Shown here: positions 19,043 to 27,798 of the stretch, piece after piece | How the letters are laid out: every line of letters starts with the position of its first letter | How positions within the stretch are numbered: position 1 is the first letter of the stretch | Program-made: the position numbers and the translations under genes | The notes under the pieces: model-generated | The model's input: the letters and a program-made list of their open reading frames with translations, nothing else | Database searches by the model: none | What the model was told of the DNA's origin: nothing | From: Candidatus Enterousia sp. | Lineage (GTDB): Bacteria > Pseudomonadota > Alphaproteobacteria > Rs-D84 | DNA length: 64,000 bases | Direction of reading: 5' to 3' | Assembly (NCBI GenBank): GCA_045613785.1 | Contig: JAZLBQ010000004.1 | Location: 74,039-138,038, forward strand

Positions 19043-19249
19043 ATGGCAAATGAAAGTGATTTAAAGAACACAGAAAAAATATGCAGAAATTGCGAACATA
19101 TGCGTGAACACACAGATAAAAAAGGCGAAAAGCATTTTTTGTGTTATCAGGCTGGTGAATTAAATGTGTTTTTCTTTGGTCCGCTTCGGGTCAGCACGCA
19201 AGACACCTGCAAGGATTTTCTTTATAAAGCAACTCAAAACACACGCTAG
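19043..19249 (+). CDS. Small hypothetical protein with four Cys (possible Zn-binding)
   Basis: CRNCEH...C...TCKDF; fills the fmt-truA gap with short spacing on both sides. Confidence 0.7.
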   Translation: MANESDLKNTEKICRNCEHMREHTDKKGEKHFLCYQAGELNVFFFGPLRVSTQDTCKDFLYKATQNTR

Positions 19250-19255
19250 GCACAA

Positions 19256-19987
19256 ATGACACGATACAAAGTTATTTTAGAATATGATGGCACAGATTTA
19301 ATTGGCTGGCAGGAAAATCGCCAAGGGGATTCTGTTCAATCATTAGTCAAAGATGCGATTGAAAAATTCTGTGGTGCTCGTCCTGATGTTGTTGGTGCTG
19401 GTCGCACAGATTCAGGCGTTCACGCTGTTGCGATGACTGCGCATTTTGACATAGACGGCACACATTCTGCCCAAACTGTTATGCATGCCTTAAATTTTTA
19501 TCTGGTTCAAAGTCCTGTTCGGGTTTTGTGTTGTGAAATTGTTCCTGATGATTTTAATGCACGCTTTGATTGTGTTGCACGTCATTATAAATACATTGTT
19601 CTAAATCGTGGTGCATCACCAGTATTGCAAAAGAACCGTGTGTATTGGGTGCCACGACCATTGAATGTTGATGCAATGCGAAGTGCGGTGGCACGTCTAA
19701 TTGGTAATCATGATTTTACCAGTTTTCGTGCATCAGAATGTCAGGCAAAATCCCCTGTTAAAACATTAGATAAAATTGAAATCACGCAACACGGCGATGA
19801 AATAATATTTGAGTTTTCTGCCCGTTCATTTTTGCATCACATGGTTCGCAACATTGTTGGCACGTTGATTGAAATAGGACTGGGCAAGTCTTTGGATATT
19901 GATGAAATATTGGCTGCAAAAAATCGTTCTGCGGCAGGTCCAACCGCCCCCGCATCAGGCTTGTATTTTATCCGTGCAGATTATTAG
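19256..19987 (+). CDS. truA: tRNA pseudouridine(38-40) synthase TruA
   Basis: YDGT, GAGRTDSGVHA, HDFTSF, FLHHMVRNIVG, TAPASGLYF. Confidence 0.97.
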   Translation: MTRYKVILEYDGTDLIGWQENRQGDSVQSLVKDAIEKFCGARPDVVGAGRTDSGVHAVAMTAHFDIDGTHSAQTVMHALNFYLVQSPVRVLCCEIVPDDFNARFDCVARHYKYIVLNRGASPVLQKNRVYWVPRPLNVDAMRSAVARLIGNHDFTSFRASECQAKSPVKTLDKIEITQHGDEIIFEFSARSFLHHMVRNIVGTLIEIGLGKSLDIDEILAAKNRSAAGPTAPASGLYFIRADY

Positions 19988-21903
19988 TTCCAGCGGCGTT
20001 TTGTAGTTGTGTATTTAACACGTCCGCCAGGATAAATTACAAATCCGCCTCGCAGAATTTTATGACCGCAATTTTCTGATTTTATATCAAAGTATGACAC
20101 AATATATCTGACGCTGTCGTCATTGCATAACGATTTAATGTTGTTCATCAGTGGAACAAACTTTTGAATATATACGATATCGTTATATCGATAGACGCCT
20201 TTGTTGTGCTTGTATCGTTTGTTTGGTGTGTTTGTGGCTTCTCCGTTAAATTTCTTCCAGGTTTCAAATGCAAAATAGTGATTTGATGAACGGGATTTAT
20301 TAAATTCTAGTTTGCCGTTATCATCGACAAACGCAACCAGTTCATTATCGTCAGTCGTCCAGAAAATTGGCTTTGGATTTGTCTGGACTAAAACAATTCC
20401 GATTCCAACAAACAGTGCAAATAAAACGCAGTTTATTTTCATCTTTATATTTCGAATTAAAATCAGACACATAAAACCGACAATAAAGCAAATCATTGCA
20501 TTGTTTGGAATGTGTGGCATATCTATGTTTGTCAATGGTAATTCTGAAATGCTGCGTGCGATATTCAGTGTTGTATCGTAAATCAAATGAGCCAGTTTTA
20601 TTGGGGATAATATTCCAAACATTCCTGTAATTGTTCCAATCATAACCAGTGGCATAATTGCAACCGAAAATACAGGCAGTAAAATCAGGTTGCCAATCAA
20701 ACTGTATGTTGGCAATGTTCCAAAGTGTGCCGCCACAAATGGGGCGGTAAACAGTGTGGCCACCAGTGAAGTCAAAAGCATTGCATAAATTATTTTCAAG
20801 ATTTTGTTTTCTGGCATCTTTGGTTTGATTTCATAATACAGCCAAATCAATCCGAATACTGCAGCAAACGACAGTTGAAATCCTGCCTGCATAACATAGT
20901 GTGGGTTTATCAAGAAAGTTGCACAAAATGCCAGTGCTATATTTCGCATTGAAAACGCACTGCGTCCAAATATAAAGGCCATAAATACCAATGTTGTCAT
21001 CAAGAAAGCACGAATTGTTGCGACATCACAGCCGGACAAAAATAAATATCCAACCAGCCCAATCCACGCACATAATATTCCTGGAATTTTAGCCGGCACC
21101 CGTCGCACAATCCATGGCACAGCCCGAAACAAGGAAACGAAAATCAAAAACAACCAACCACCAACCAATGTCATGTGAAATCCACTGATTGACCAAACGT
21201 GGCCAATGCCACTGCTAACCCAGATAGCAGCATCGTTTTCTGGAATTACGTTTTTATAGCCTAATACTAAACTGTCAACCAGAAAAGAATTTGTGTTGTT
21301 GTGAATATTGTTTCTGAACTTGTTCAGACTGTATTTAGTGTTATTTTCAATTACCTGAATGTTGTTTGCGTATCCTGTCGCACTTAAATTATTAAAATAT
21401 GCCCAGCGTGCATAGTCAAATGTTTCAGGTGCTGTTGCGGCTGATGGTTTGAATAATCCAACATTTGCACTAACTACGTCACCAATCTGGGGCAGGGCAA
21501 TATTATCACCAACAGAAACTCGCACGATTGCATCGCCAGTTCCAGCTTTGATATCTTCTGCATTGGTGCTCAGATAAATTCTGCTTTTATCATCTGTAAA
21601 ATCAATTTTCTGAACTGTTCCAGTGATGTCCAGATTATGTAAGTTGCGTTTTATAACAGGTGTGTTGACAAGATTTGTATAAGCATTCGCATAACAAAAA
21701 CCGAAAGCAAAAATAAATATTGCCCGAACCAGGGTTGGAATTTTATTTACGGTCGCAAGTGTGATTAAAATCAGTGATAAAATTCCGGGGCAAAATAAAC
21801 CAGGTTCTGTTGTCAGTGAAAAATACAAAGCCGCCCCTGCGGCCATCAGAAATGGCACGAACAGAAATCTGTTTTGTTGTTGAAGATTCAACCATTTTCG
21901 CAT
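19984..21903 (-). CDS. comEC: ComEC/Rec2 competence DNA-uptake channel
   Basis: TM segments, OB-like region FDYARWAYF, competence-domain motifs GIGHVWSISGFH, AGFQLSFAAV, LIGNLI; start set at ATG 21903. Confidence 0.92.
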   Translation of the reverse strand: MRKWLNLQQQNRFLFVPFLMAAGAALYFSLTTEPGLFCPGILSLILITLATVNKIPTLVRAIFIFAFGFCYANAYTNLVNTPVIKRNLHNLDITGTVQKIDFTDDKSRIYLSTNAEDIKAGTGDAIVRVSVGDNIALPQIGDVVSANVGLFKPSAATAPETFDYARWAYFNNLSATGYANNIQVIENNTKYSLNKFRNNIHNNTNSFLVDSLVLGYKNVIPENDAAIWVSSGIGHVWSISGFHMTLVGGWLFLIFVSLFRAVPWIVRRVPAKIPGILCAWIGLVGYLFLSGCDVATIRAFLMTTLVFMAFIFGRSAFSMRNIALAFCATFLINPHYVMQAGFQLSFAAVFGLIWLYYEIKPKMPENKILKIIYAMLLTSLVATLFTAPFVAAHFGTLPTYSLIGNLILLPVFSVAIMPLVMIGTITGMFGILSPIKLAHLIYDTTLNIARSISELPLTNIDMPHIPNNAMICFIVGFMCLILIRNIKMKINCVLFALFVGIGIVLVQTNPKPIFWTTDDNELVAFVDDNGKLEFNKSRSSNHYFAFETWKKFNGEATNTPNKRYKHNKGVYRYNDIVYIQKFVPLMNNIKSLCNDDSVRYIVSYFDIKSENCGHKILRGGFVIYPGGRVKYTTTKRRWN

Positions 21904-21980
21904 GGAAAAAGTATAGGAATTTATTAGATTGCATATCAATGAAATTTTTCGTATGATGAAAGTCCATAAGGGGGCAGCTT

Positions 21981-23555
21981 ATGGCAAAATATATATTTAT
22001 TACTGGTGGGGTTGTATCAAGTTTAGGCAAGGGCGTCGCAGCGGCAGGTTGCGGTGCCCTTCTTCAATCACGGGGTTACAGTGTTCATGCACGAAAATTT
22101 GACCCGTATTTGAATGTTGATCCGGGGACTATGTCGCCGTTTCAGCATGGCGAAGTTTATGTTACAAACGATGGTTATGAAACAGACCTTGATTTAGGTT
22201 ATTACGAGCGTTTTCTAGGGGTAAAGTTATCACGTTGTGATTCTGTATCTGGGGGTCGAATTTACTGGGATGTTTTGAATGCAGAACGTCATGGCACATA
22301 TTTAGGATCTACGGTTCAAATGATTCCGCATGTGTCAAATAAAATCAAAGAATATATATCTGCACCAACTGACACTGATTTTGTAGTTTGTGAAATTGGT
22401 GGCACTGTTGGCGATATCGAAGGTAAAATATTCCTAGAATCTATTCGTCAGTTTGCGAACGATGTTGGGCGACGCAATGTAATGTTTGTTCATTTGACGC
22501 TTGCACCTTATTTGGAAAAGTCGGGGGAATTAAAGACAAAGCCTACTCAGATGTCTGTTCGTCAGTTGTTAGAGCATGGGATTCAGGCGGATATGTTAGT
22601 CGTTCGAACACCACGTATGCTAACGCCTTCTGAACGAGATAAGATAGGTATGTTTTGTAATTTGCCATCAAAAAATGTAATCAGTGGCATAGATGTTGAT
22701 AACATATACAAGATTCCATTGGCGTATGAATCTCAGCATGTTTTTGATATTATTGCAGACCACTTTGGATTACCAAATGCCCGTGGCGACAACGCGCGCT
22801 TTGAACGCATAGAACGGTATTTGTCGGCGGATTTGCCAACGATAACTATTGGGGTTGTTGGTAAGTATTTTAATGTTCCCGATGCTTATAAATCGCTAAA
22901 CGAAGCATTGTTTCATGCGGGGATACAAAATAATGTTCATGTAAAATTAAAAAAGATAGATGCCGAAACTTTTTCGCCCGAAGACTGTCGTGATGTTGAC
23001 GGTATTTTAGTTCCTGGTGGTTTTGGTGTTCGTGGTGTTTCTGGCAAGATAGCGGCTGCAAAATACGCTCGTGAAAATAATGTTCCATATATGGGGATAT
23101 GCTTGGGGATGCAGGTTGCGGTTTTAGAATTTGCGCGAAATGTTTTGGGAATAAGCAATGCGGATTCGACTGAATTTACCAAGGATTGCACTCCGGTCAT
23201 AGATATTATTGCGGCACATGATAAGGAAGACCTAGGTGGAACGTTGCGTCTTGGGGCATATCCTTGTGAAATTACACCGGGAACGTTAGCACATCGTGTG
23301 TTTGGTGCGACAAGTATATCAGAGCGTCATCGTCATCGCTATGAAATGGATATTAGTCTTGAAAAGCGTTTTGCAGATGCCGGTCTGATAATATCAGGAC
23401 GCAGTCCAGATGGCAAATTGCCAGAGATAATTGAATTAAAAAATCATCCGTTTTTTATTGCAGGACAATTCCATCCTGAATTTCAATCAAGTCCATACAC
23501 TGGTCATTCGATGTTCAATGCTTTCATAGGGGCGGCGATGCGTCGCAGTGAATAG
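21981..23555 (+). CDS. pyrG: CTP synthase
   Basis: TGGVVSSLGKG, DPYLNVDPGTMSP, GICLGMQ, ERHRHRYE, QFHPE. Confidence 0.99.
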   Translation: MAKYIFITGGVVSSLGKGVAAAGCGALLQSRGYSVHARKFDPYLNVDPGTMSPFQHGEVYVTNDGYETDLDLGYYERFLGVKLSRCDSVSGGRIYWDVLNAERHGTYLGSTVQMIPHVSNKIKEYISAPTDTDFVVCEIGGTVGDIEGKIFLESIRQFANDVGRRNVMFVHLTLAPYLEKSGELKTKPTQMSVRQLLEHGIQADMLVVRTPRMLTPSERDKIGMFCNLPSKNVISGIDVDNIYKIPLAYESQHVFDIIADHFGLPNARGDNARFERIERYLSADLPTITIGVVGKYFNVPDAYKSLNEALFHAGIQNNVHVKLKKIDAETFSPEDCRDVDGILVPGGFGVRGVSGKIAAAKYARENNVPYMGICLGMQVAVLEFARNVLGISNADSTEFTKDCTPVIDIIAAHDKEDLGGTLRLGAYPCEITPGTLAHRVFGATSISERHRHRYEMDISLEKRFADAGLIISGRSPDGKLPEIIELKNHPFFIAGQFHPEFQSSPYTGHSMFNAFIGAAMRRSE

Positions 23556-23582
23556 TTGGATGATAAGAACTTAAAACTGGGT

Positions 23583-23619
23583 AAAAATGCACCGTCGGCA
23601 ATTACTTGCCGACGGCTGC
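23583..23619 (-). terminator. Intrinsic terminator for the 23677 gene (probably bidirectional with pyrG)
   Basis: CCGTCGGCAA-TTAC-TTGCCGACGG stem, T tract on the minus strand. Confidence 0.75.
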
Positions 23620-23676
23620 TCCCTTCCTTCCGGTTGTCCGGAAACTGTTTGTCCTGTTTCGCGCAATGTTTTGTTA

Positions 23677-24012
23677 TTATGCGGCCATTGCGATGTTGGA
23701 CTTTGAATTGTTGTCTGCTGCGTCCATGATTTTCTTGGCTTCTGCGAAAACCATTTCTTTTACACGCAGTGCTAATGTTTTTGTATCCATTGTTTCTGCA
23801 GCGATATCAAAATTGTCTGTGCGAATCTGTAAAGAAACATAAGCACCAACCAATGAAGCACGTGCCAAATCTTCGATAGAACGAGGTGCGTTGTTGTGTC
23901 CGATTTTTAATTCGTCTGCCAAAGAGATAATTTGACGATCTTCGTTGACCCAAACTGTGGTTGTCAGGACTTGGTTCAGGGCTATCATAATTTCTTTAAT
24001 GTTCTGTGTCAT
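23677..24012 (-). CDS. Hypothetical protein (111 aa) ending in -IAMAA
   Basis: Strong SD AAGGAGGGG, own terminator, no recognisable family. Confidence 0.8.
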   Translation of the reverse strand: MTQNIKEIMIALNQVLTTTVWVNEDRQIISLADELKIGHNNAPRSIEDLARASLVGAYVSLQIRTDNFDIAAETMDTKTLALRVKEMVFAEAKKIMDAADNNSKSNIAMAA

Positions 24013-24065
24013 GCGCGTTTCCCCTCCTTTCTGGGCGTATGTTGTAAAAATTATCTTGTTTTTTG

Positions 24066-24087
24066 TGTAAATACGTTGGTATTTACA
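24066..24087. promoter_or_regulatory. Perfect palindrome (operator-like)
   Basis: TGTAAATAC-GTTG-GTATTTACA, about 55 nt upstream of the 23677 gene start. Confidence 0.55.
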
Positions 24088-24280
24088 AAACTGTCAGACA
24101 ATTTTTAATTTTGTTTTTATGTTTTCCTAAAATACTGCGGTTTCTAGCGGTTTTTCAGGGTTTTTATTTCTTCTTCTCTTGTCTATACAAACATCTTAGA
24201 ACAAAAACGAATCGGAGGTCAAGCACAAAATATAATTATTTTCATTTTATTTAAAATTTTTTTAATTTTGCTTTCTGTGG

Positions 24281-24342
24281 CATAAAATACCATAAAATAT
24301 TTATAAAATGTCATTGACAACCATGAAATGCCGTGCTAGATT
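24281..24342 (+). promoter_or_regulatory. mraZ promoter overlapped by ~10-bp phased repeats (probable MraZ operator)
   Basis: TTGACA(24314)-17-TAGATT; units CATAAAAT, CATAAAAT, TATAAAAT, CATTGACA, CATGAAAT at 24281, 24291, 24302, 24312, 24322. Confidence 0.6.
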
Positions 24343-24400
24343 CCTTATGAAGTCAAGAAAGGATGGTGGGACAATCTCCCGAATTAAAGAAGATCATAAA

Positions 24401-24850
24401 ATGTCATTGTTTCTCTCATCTTATGAAAATCGTTTGGATACCAAGGGGCGGATTTCTGTTCCAGCGTCCTTTCGGGCTTCGGTTTCTGATGAAAAATTTG
24501 CAGGCATTGTTTTATATCGTTCCTTTACTAATAATTGTATCGAAGGTTTAACGCTGTCTCGTATGGAGCAGATGGCAGCAGCAACTGATAAAATGGGTGT
24601 TTTTGACAGTGAATTAGACGATTTGACTGCGTTGTTATTTGCTGATGCACGCCAGTTGGCATTTGATGTGACGGGGCGTGTTGTTATTCCAGCGGATTTG
24701 TTGGCACATGCTGGTATAACTGATACTGCGGTATTTGTTGGTCGTGGTAACAGTTTTCAGATATGGAATCCTGATGCGTTTCGTGCTGCCCAGACTAAAT
24801 CTTTGGAAAATCTGCGTCGCACTCGTCCGAATATTAAAATAGGCGACTAA
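24401..24850 (+). CDS. mraZ: Transcriptional regulator MraZ
   Basis: Two AbrB-type DxxGR motifs (LDTKGRISVP, FDVTGRVVIP), GRGNSFQIW; start set at MSLFLS. Confidence 0.95.
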   Translation: MSLFLSSYENRLDTKGRISVPASFRASVSDEKFAGIVLYRSFTNNCIEGLTLSRMEQMAAATDKMGVFDSELDDLTALLFADARQLAFDVTGRVVIPADLLAHAGITDTAVFVGRGNSFQIWNPDAFRAAQTKSLENLRRTRPNIKIGD

Positions 24851-24964
24851 AAATCGGTTTGTTTTCTTTCTTGAAATAAAAATATCCCATTGGGGGTTCT
24901 TTTTTATGTTTGCGTGCAAGGGTGCAAAATGGTATAATAAATCAAAAGGAATAATGGGAAAGGT

Positions 24965-26059
24965 ATGAAGAAATTTAGTTTTTCTGCCGTGTTTGCTGGT
25001 GTTTTATGTTCGTTGCCAATGGTGGCGGGGGCGGCTTATCCTGCATATCCGTCGTATCAAGCGGCCGGTGCTAATAATCAGATGATGTATTTGCCGTCTG
25101 TGAACAGTCGTGTTGTGTCGACTGCGGCAGCTATGCCTGGGTATAATTCTGTTGCTGCGGCTCAGCCTACACGTGTAACTGGTGCATTACCTCGTGTTGG
25201 GACATCACAAACTTCGGCTGGTCGTCAATATTATCAGCCTGCAGATTATGATAGGTTGGCAGACAGTGGTTTGTATGTTGGTTTGTCTGTTGGTTATACT
25301 GCATCAGTAATGGGGTCGATTTCGTCTGATTACACTGGCGAAGAAGATGCTTATACTGTTCCTGGTGCGTTCAAGGCAGCAGATTTTCAATCAGATACAA
25401 TGATTCCGCTTCAGGTTTCTGTTGGTGCGGCATTAAATAATGATGTTCGTGTTGACTTTTCTTATTTGCGTTATTCTGGTTTGTCTTATCCAAACACTGT
25501 TCAGACGGACGATGGTGCCGGTGGTTATGTTGAGGCACAGGTTGATGGTGGTGCGATAACAGCTAACGCAACAATGTTGAACGTTTATTATAATATTGAC
25601 TCGTATACAGGCTTTTTGGCTGGTGGTTCATTGCGGCCATATATTGGTGCCGGTGTTGGTATTTCATTAAATACGATTGCGGACTATGTTGTTTATGACA
25701 AAACCTTTTATTCTGTTATGGATCCAGCCTATGCAAATGCAGGTCAGTTGACGGGTATTTCTGATATTTATGCATATCACAACGGTGGCACAAATGAACA
25801 GTTGGCCTTTATGTTAGAGGCTGGTATTACAACAGAACTAGAAGGTGGTATAAAAATGGACTTTTTTGCCCGTTATGCAAATCTTGGAACTGTAAAAACA
25901 TCAGGCAGTATTGTTCTAAGTCAAATTGAATGGCTGGGTGATGGTGCAGGTGGTGAATACGAAGCACCGTATGACAGTGTATTTCATTATACGAATTGGT
26001 ATGAAAGCGGCCGCCTTGGGTTGGTTGATGTTGGTGTTCGTTTAAGATTGCAGTTCTAA
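24965..26059 (+). CDS. Outer-membrane beta-barrel protein (Opa/OmpA-membrane-like) with low-complexity N-terminus
   Basis: Signal peptide; barrel strands GLYVGLSVGY, MLNVYYNI, PYIGAGVG; C-terminal VRLRLQF beta-signal. Confidence 0.8.
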   Translation: MKKFSFSAVFAGVLCSLPMVAGAAYPAYPSYQAAGANNQMMYLPSVNSRVVSTAAAMPGYNSVAAAQPTRVTGALPRVGTSQTSAGRQYYQPADYDRLADSGLYVGLSVGYTASVMGSISSDYTGEEDAYTVPGAFKAADFQSDTMIPLQVSVGAALNNDVRVDFSYLRYSGLSYPNTVQTDDGAGGYVEAQVDGGAITANATMLNVYYNIDSYTGFLAGGSLRPYIGAGVGISLNTIADYVVYDKTFYSVMDPAYANAGQLTGISDIYAYHNGGTNEQLAFMLEAGITTELEGGIKMDFFARYANLGTVKTSGSIVLSQIEWLGDGAGGEYEAPYDSVFHYTNWYESGRLGLVDVGVRLRLQF

Positions 26060-26122
26060 AAGAAATAATCGCACCGGGCTGATGCCCGGTTGTGTTGATT
26101 TGTTGCGGCAGGGGGCAATATA

Positions 26123-27766
26123 GTGATGAGACGCAAAAATTCAATCTTTTACTATTCTTTATTGGCGGCATTAGTGCCGTCTGTTGCTGGTGCTGGAATT
26201 CGTGTTGGGAATTTGTCTCGCAATAATGCCCAGGGCTATCAACAGGTAAACGAGGCACGTTATAACTCGGAACTTGCGACCCAGGCAGCGGTTGCTGCAA
26301 TTCCTGCTGATTTGCCAACAACTGTTGCAAAGTCTGCGACAGATGACACGACTGTTGCATCCAAGGCACAGCGTTGTTCGATGATTTATCCCGAAGGTGA
26401 ATTTGCCTGGGGTAAGCCTACGCTTGGGGCTGGTTCTGGCGGTGCGTCAACTTGCACGGCTGTTGTTGAATTGCGTGCGATTGGGGCTGGTGAAAATGGT
26501 AATGATGCAATCTTGGCACGTGCAAACCTGGCAGCAGGAGATAGTTTTAATTGCAATATTTCTGAATTTAACGAGGTGTCATTGTTGCCTGCTGCTGGCA
26601 CGATTGAATTTCCGGCAGATCGTGAGCCAACGGTTGATGATGTTGTGTCTGTTCTGAATCAAGAGCAGCGTCAAAATGCAGGAATTAAAATTGCTGCAGG
26701 AACTGTGTTGTTTGGTTTAGCAGGAAACATTGCTGGTGAAAACGAGCCTGGCAAGGATGGATTATTGGGCGGTGGTCGCTCTAAAACCCAGGGGACGATT
26801 ATTGGTGCATTGGGTGGTGCGGCATTGATGGCAGGTAATGCTTATTCGGGCAAGGTTGCTGGCGATATGATACTGTCAACTGGTGTAAATGCTGCGGCTG
26901 GCGGATTAGTTGGGAATATTGTTGCCAGTGGTGATTCTGTTTTGCGTATTGAACCATGTCAGGTTGCGGGCTGGGATACAAAGTGCCTTTGGGGTGTTAT
27001 CGAAGAAGTTTCGTCCATAGACGGCACTGCGTATGTTTCTGCGAATGATATCAATGACTTTCGTGTTTGCTCAGGCACTACATGTGGACGTGCGGATTTG
27101 ACGTCTGCTGTGGTTGCGGAATATAACGGCAAAAAGCGTGCATCTGACGGCAAAAAAATGGAATTGTCCGATATGCAGACTGAAAATTGGTCGTTGGTTC
27201 AAAGTATGTATTGTTATGATGCTGCCTACGGTATGGTTCAGGGGGCTAGTTGCACAGATGGTCCGTGGATAAAACTGGATTCTGCTCAGCGTGTGGCAAA
27301 TCGCACGGCGGCAATGGTTGTTGATGTCCGGGACAAGGCCTTTGGTTGGCATAAAGATGAATGGTCGGACTTTAAGGCTAGTCATAATGGTAATTTGATT
27401 GTTGGTCGTTCTGGTAATGGTATTGCAACGAATTTGAATCCACGGGATGTAATATCGGATGCGACTGATGATACCGAGATAAAATTGTCGGCTGTAAATT
27501 TCCGTCCTGTATATCAGGATTCTGATGATGGTGGTGTTATTGATTTGAATAACAAGGCACGCCTGAAAAGCACATTGACTGGTGCCGGTGTTGGTGGTGC
27601 TATGGGGGCATTTACTGGATATCAGGGTGCACAAAGTGATATTGATGAACGTTGGGTATCTGCTGTGCGTGAGTATAAGGATAGTTCGCAAAAGTTTTAT
27701 TGTGCAACAGGTAAACGTTTCTTGTCGTATTACAATGATGTGGTTATGATTCCAAGTCTGGATTAA
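26123..27766 (+). CDS. Secreted hypothetical protein with glycine-zipper segments and a Cys-containing domain
   Basis: Signal peptide; GTIIGALGGAAL, GVNAAAGGLVG, GAGVGGAMG; several Cys. Confidence 0.75.
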   Translation: MMRRKNSIFYYSLLAALVPSVAGAGIRVGNLSRNNAQGYQQVNEARYNSELATQAAVAAIPADLPTTVAKSATDDTTVASKAQRCSMIYPEGEFAWGKPTLGAGSGGASTCTAVVELRAIGAGENGNDAILARANLAAGDSFNCNISEFNEVSLLPAAGTIEFPADREPTVDDVVSVLNQEQRQNAGIKIAAGTVLFGLAGNIAGENEPGKDGLLGGGRSKTQGTIIGALGGAALMAGNAYSGKVAGDMILSTGVNAAAGGLVGNIVASGDSVLRIEPCQVAGWDTKCLWGVIEEVSSIDGTAYVSANDINDFRVCSGTTCGRADLTSAVVAEYNGKKRASDGKKMELSDMQTENWSLVQSMYCYDAAYGMVQGASCTDGPWIKLDSAQRVANRTAAMVVDVRDKAFGWHKDEWSDFKASHNGNLIVGRSGNGIATNLNPRDVISDATDDTEIKLSAVNFRPVYQDSDDGGVIDLNNKARLKSTLTGAGVGGAMGAFTGYQGAQSDIDERWVSAVREYKDSSQKFYCATGKRFLSYYNDVVMIPSLD

Positions 27767-27794
27767 AAAAATGCCCAAACGGGCATTTTTTTTT
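27765..27794. terminator. Bidirectional intrinsic terminator
   Basis: A tract-ATGCCC-AAAC-GGGCAT-T tract between convergent genes. Confidence 0.8.
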
Positions 27795-27798
27795 ATTA

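Noticed and set aside
23590-23660. Minus-strand CCGGAAGG...AGCAGCC resembling SRP (4.5S) RNA helix 8
   Set aside because: The preceding CAGG is missing, spacing to AGCAG is wrong, and the bases are used by a local hairpin and terminator.
23677-23720. ADNNSKSNIAMAA as a tmRNA tag reading frame
   Set aside because: It is the end of a 111-codon ORF with a strong SD; no tRNA-like acceptor or T arm is visible nearby.
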